This document shows, in pieces, positions 47,760 through 48,591 of a stretch of 48,591 nt of DNA. Positions within the stretch are counted from its first letter, which is position 1. Every line of letters begins with the position of its first letter. The notes under the pieces were generated by a model. It saw only the letters and a list, made by a program, of their open reading frames with translations. It ran no database searches and was not told the DNA's origin. The translations under genes and the position numbers were made by a program. Where the stretch lies: the UHGV virus genome UHGV-0185643. One strand, written 5' to 3'. The stretch comes from a virus.

Positions 47760-47933
47760 TCAGATGCTGTGGATCGCAAACAGCAACGAGTTGCGTTGAT
47801 GGTTGAGAATGCACTTTCTGATAGTGTGGATACGCATATTACGACGCGATTGTCCTTCAAGCCAACGTGCTTTACGGCGGCTAGCCTGACGTAGCATCCG
47901 CCAGCGTCCCACTTCCGTTCTACTACGCTTCAT
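47760..47933 (-). CDS. yciY: Small basic protein, YciY-like (host)
   Basis: MKRSRTEVGRWRMLRQASRRKARW... resembles E. coli YciY as recalled; adjacent to cls. Confidence 0.5.
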   Translation of the reverse strand: MKRSRTEVGRWRMLRQASRRKARWLEGQSRRNMRIHTIRKCILNHQRNSLLFAIHSI

Positions 47934-48075
47934 GTTTACTACTCTTTCAGTCACTGAGTGACCATTATAACGCCACACCGAATGCAGACCAGCGGTTTTC
48001 CCGTGTTTTTATTTGCCAGATTAATCCTGATGCGTAAACTCTTAACAATACGCTTTCAAAAGGATTTTTAAATTT

Positions 48076-48591
48076 ATGACAACCTTCTACACCGTGGTGA
48101 GTTGGCTGGTCATTCTGGGTTACTGGGTACTCATTGCTGGCGTAACATTACGCATTCTAATGAAACGACGCGCAGTGCCCTCCGCAATGGCCTGGCTTTT
48201 GATCATCTATATTCTGCCATTGGTAGGGATCATTGCTTATCTGTCCTTCGGTGAGCTCCACCTGGGTAAACGCCGCGCCGAACGCGCCCGGGCAATGTGG
48301 CCGTCAACGGCCAAGTGGCTGAACGATCTTAAAGCCTGTAAGCATATTTTTGCGCAGGAAAACAGCAGCGTCGCCTCCTCCTTATTTAAACTGTGCGAGC
48401 GTCGTCAAGGAATCGCCGGCGTTAAGGGAAATCAGCTGCAGCTGCTCACCAGTTCAGATGACGTGATGCAGGCGCTGATCCGTGATATTCAACTGGCGCG
48501 CCACAACATAGAGATGGTGTTCTACATCTGGCAGCCGGGTGGTATGGCCGATCAGGTAGCCGAGTCGTTAATGGCTGGCGCGGGGGGGGGG
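48076..48591 (+). CDS. clsA: Cardiolipin synthase A, N-terminal part (host gene, truncated by window end)
   Basis: [55 protein letters not shown]... is near-identical to enterobacterial ClsA N-terminus. Confidence 0.9.
   Translation, partial: MTTFYTVVSWLVILGYWVLIAGVTLRILMKRRAVPSAMAWLLIIYILPLVGIIAYLSFGELHLGKRRAERARAMWPSTAKWLNDLKACKHIFAQENSSVASSLFKLCERRQGIAGVKGNQLQLLTSSDDVMQALIRDIQLARHNIEMVFYIWQPGGMADQVAESLMAGAGGG

Noticed and set aside
48577-48591. Poly-G run at the very end of the window
   Set aside because: It interrupts the otherwise conserved clsA reading frame, so it is most likely a sequencing or assembly artefact at a contig end.

Overview
This window is almost entirely one mosaic lambdoid (siphovirus-type) prophage of an enterobacterial host, about 45 kb, lying next to host yciY-like and clsA genes at the right edge (clsA is cut by the window end). 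All calls rest on reading the six-frame translations and the DNA by eye; no database search was run, so family names are motif- and memory-based. The prophage is inverted relative to the usual lambda map. From right to left it carries: a tyrosine integrase and AlpA-type excisionase; a Rac-like early region (RecE/RecT, an XRE-type repressor with no peptidase domain, Cro/YdaS-like, YdaT-like, O-like initiator with four lambda-type ori iterons, DnaC-like loader); a nin region (DUF550-like, DinI-like with a perfect LexA box, NinG, HNH endonuclease, Q-like protein); a phage-21-type lysis cassette (pinholin, SAR endolysin, Rz with embedded Rz1); terminase, portal, capsid and head-tail joining genes; and a lambda-like tail module (V, G/G-T frameshift, tape measure, M, L, K, I, J, tail fiber with S74-type chaperone domain). 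The left end carries an SOS-type cargo module (second DinI-family gene with a dinI-type LexA box, divergent from a small ORF plus a pre-processed UmuD'/HumD-like gene), a tRNA-Pro 3' fragment with its terminator, and an unknown AT-rich gene at the edge. The most interesting candidates for an undescribed system are AT-rich morons with their own terminators: (1) a two-gene insertion between the tape-measure gene and M, encoding a membrane-anchored coiled-coil protein with a C-terminal T5orf172/GIY-YIG-like domain plus a convergent lipoprotein; (2) a HEPN-like two-gene cassette in the nin region; (3) three LSAC-lipobox lipoproteins, one at the Q-lysis junction, plus a standalone 164-aa moron. Hand-counted coordinates of non-coding sites may be off by 1-2 nt, and the att sites could not be mapped.
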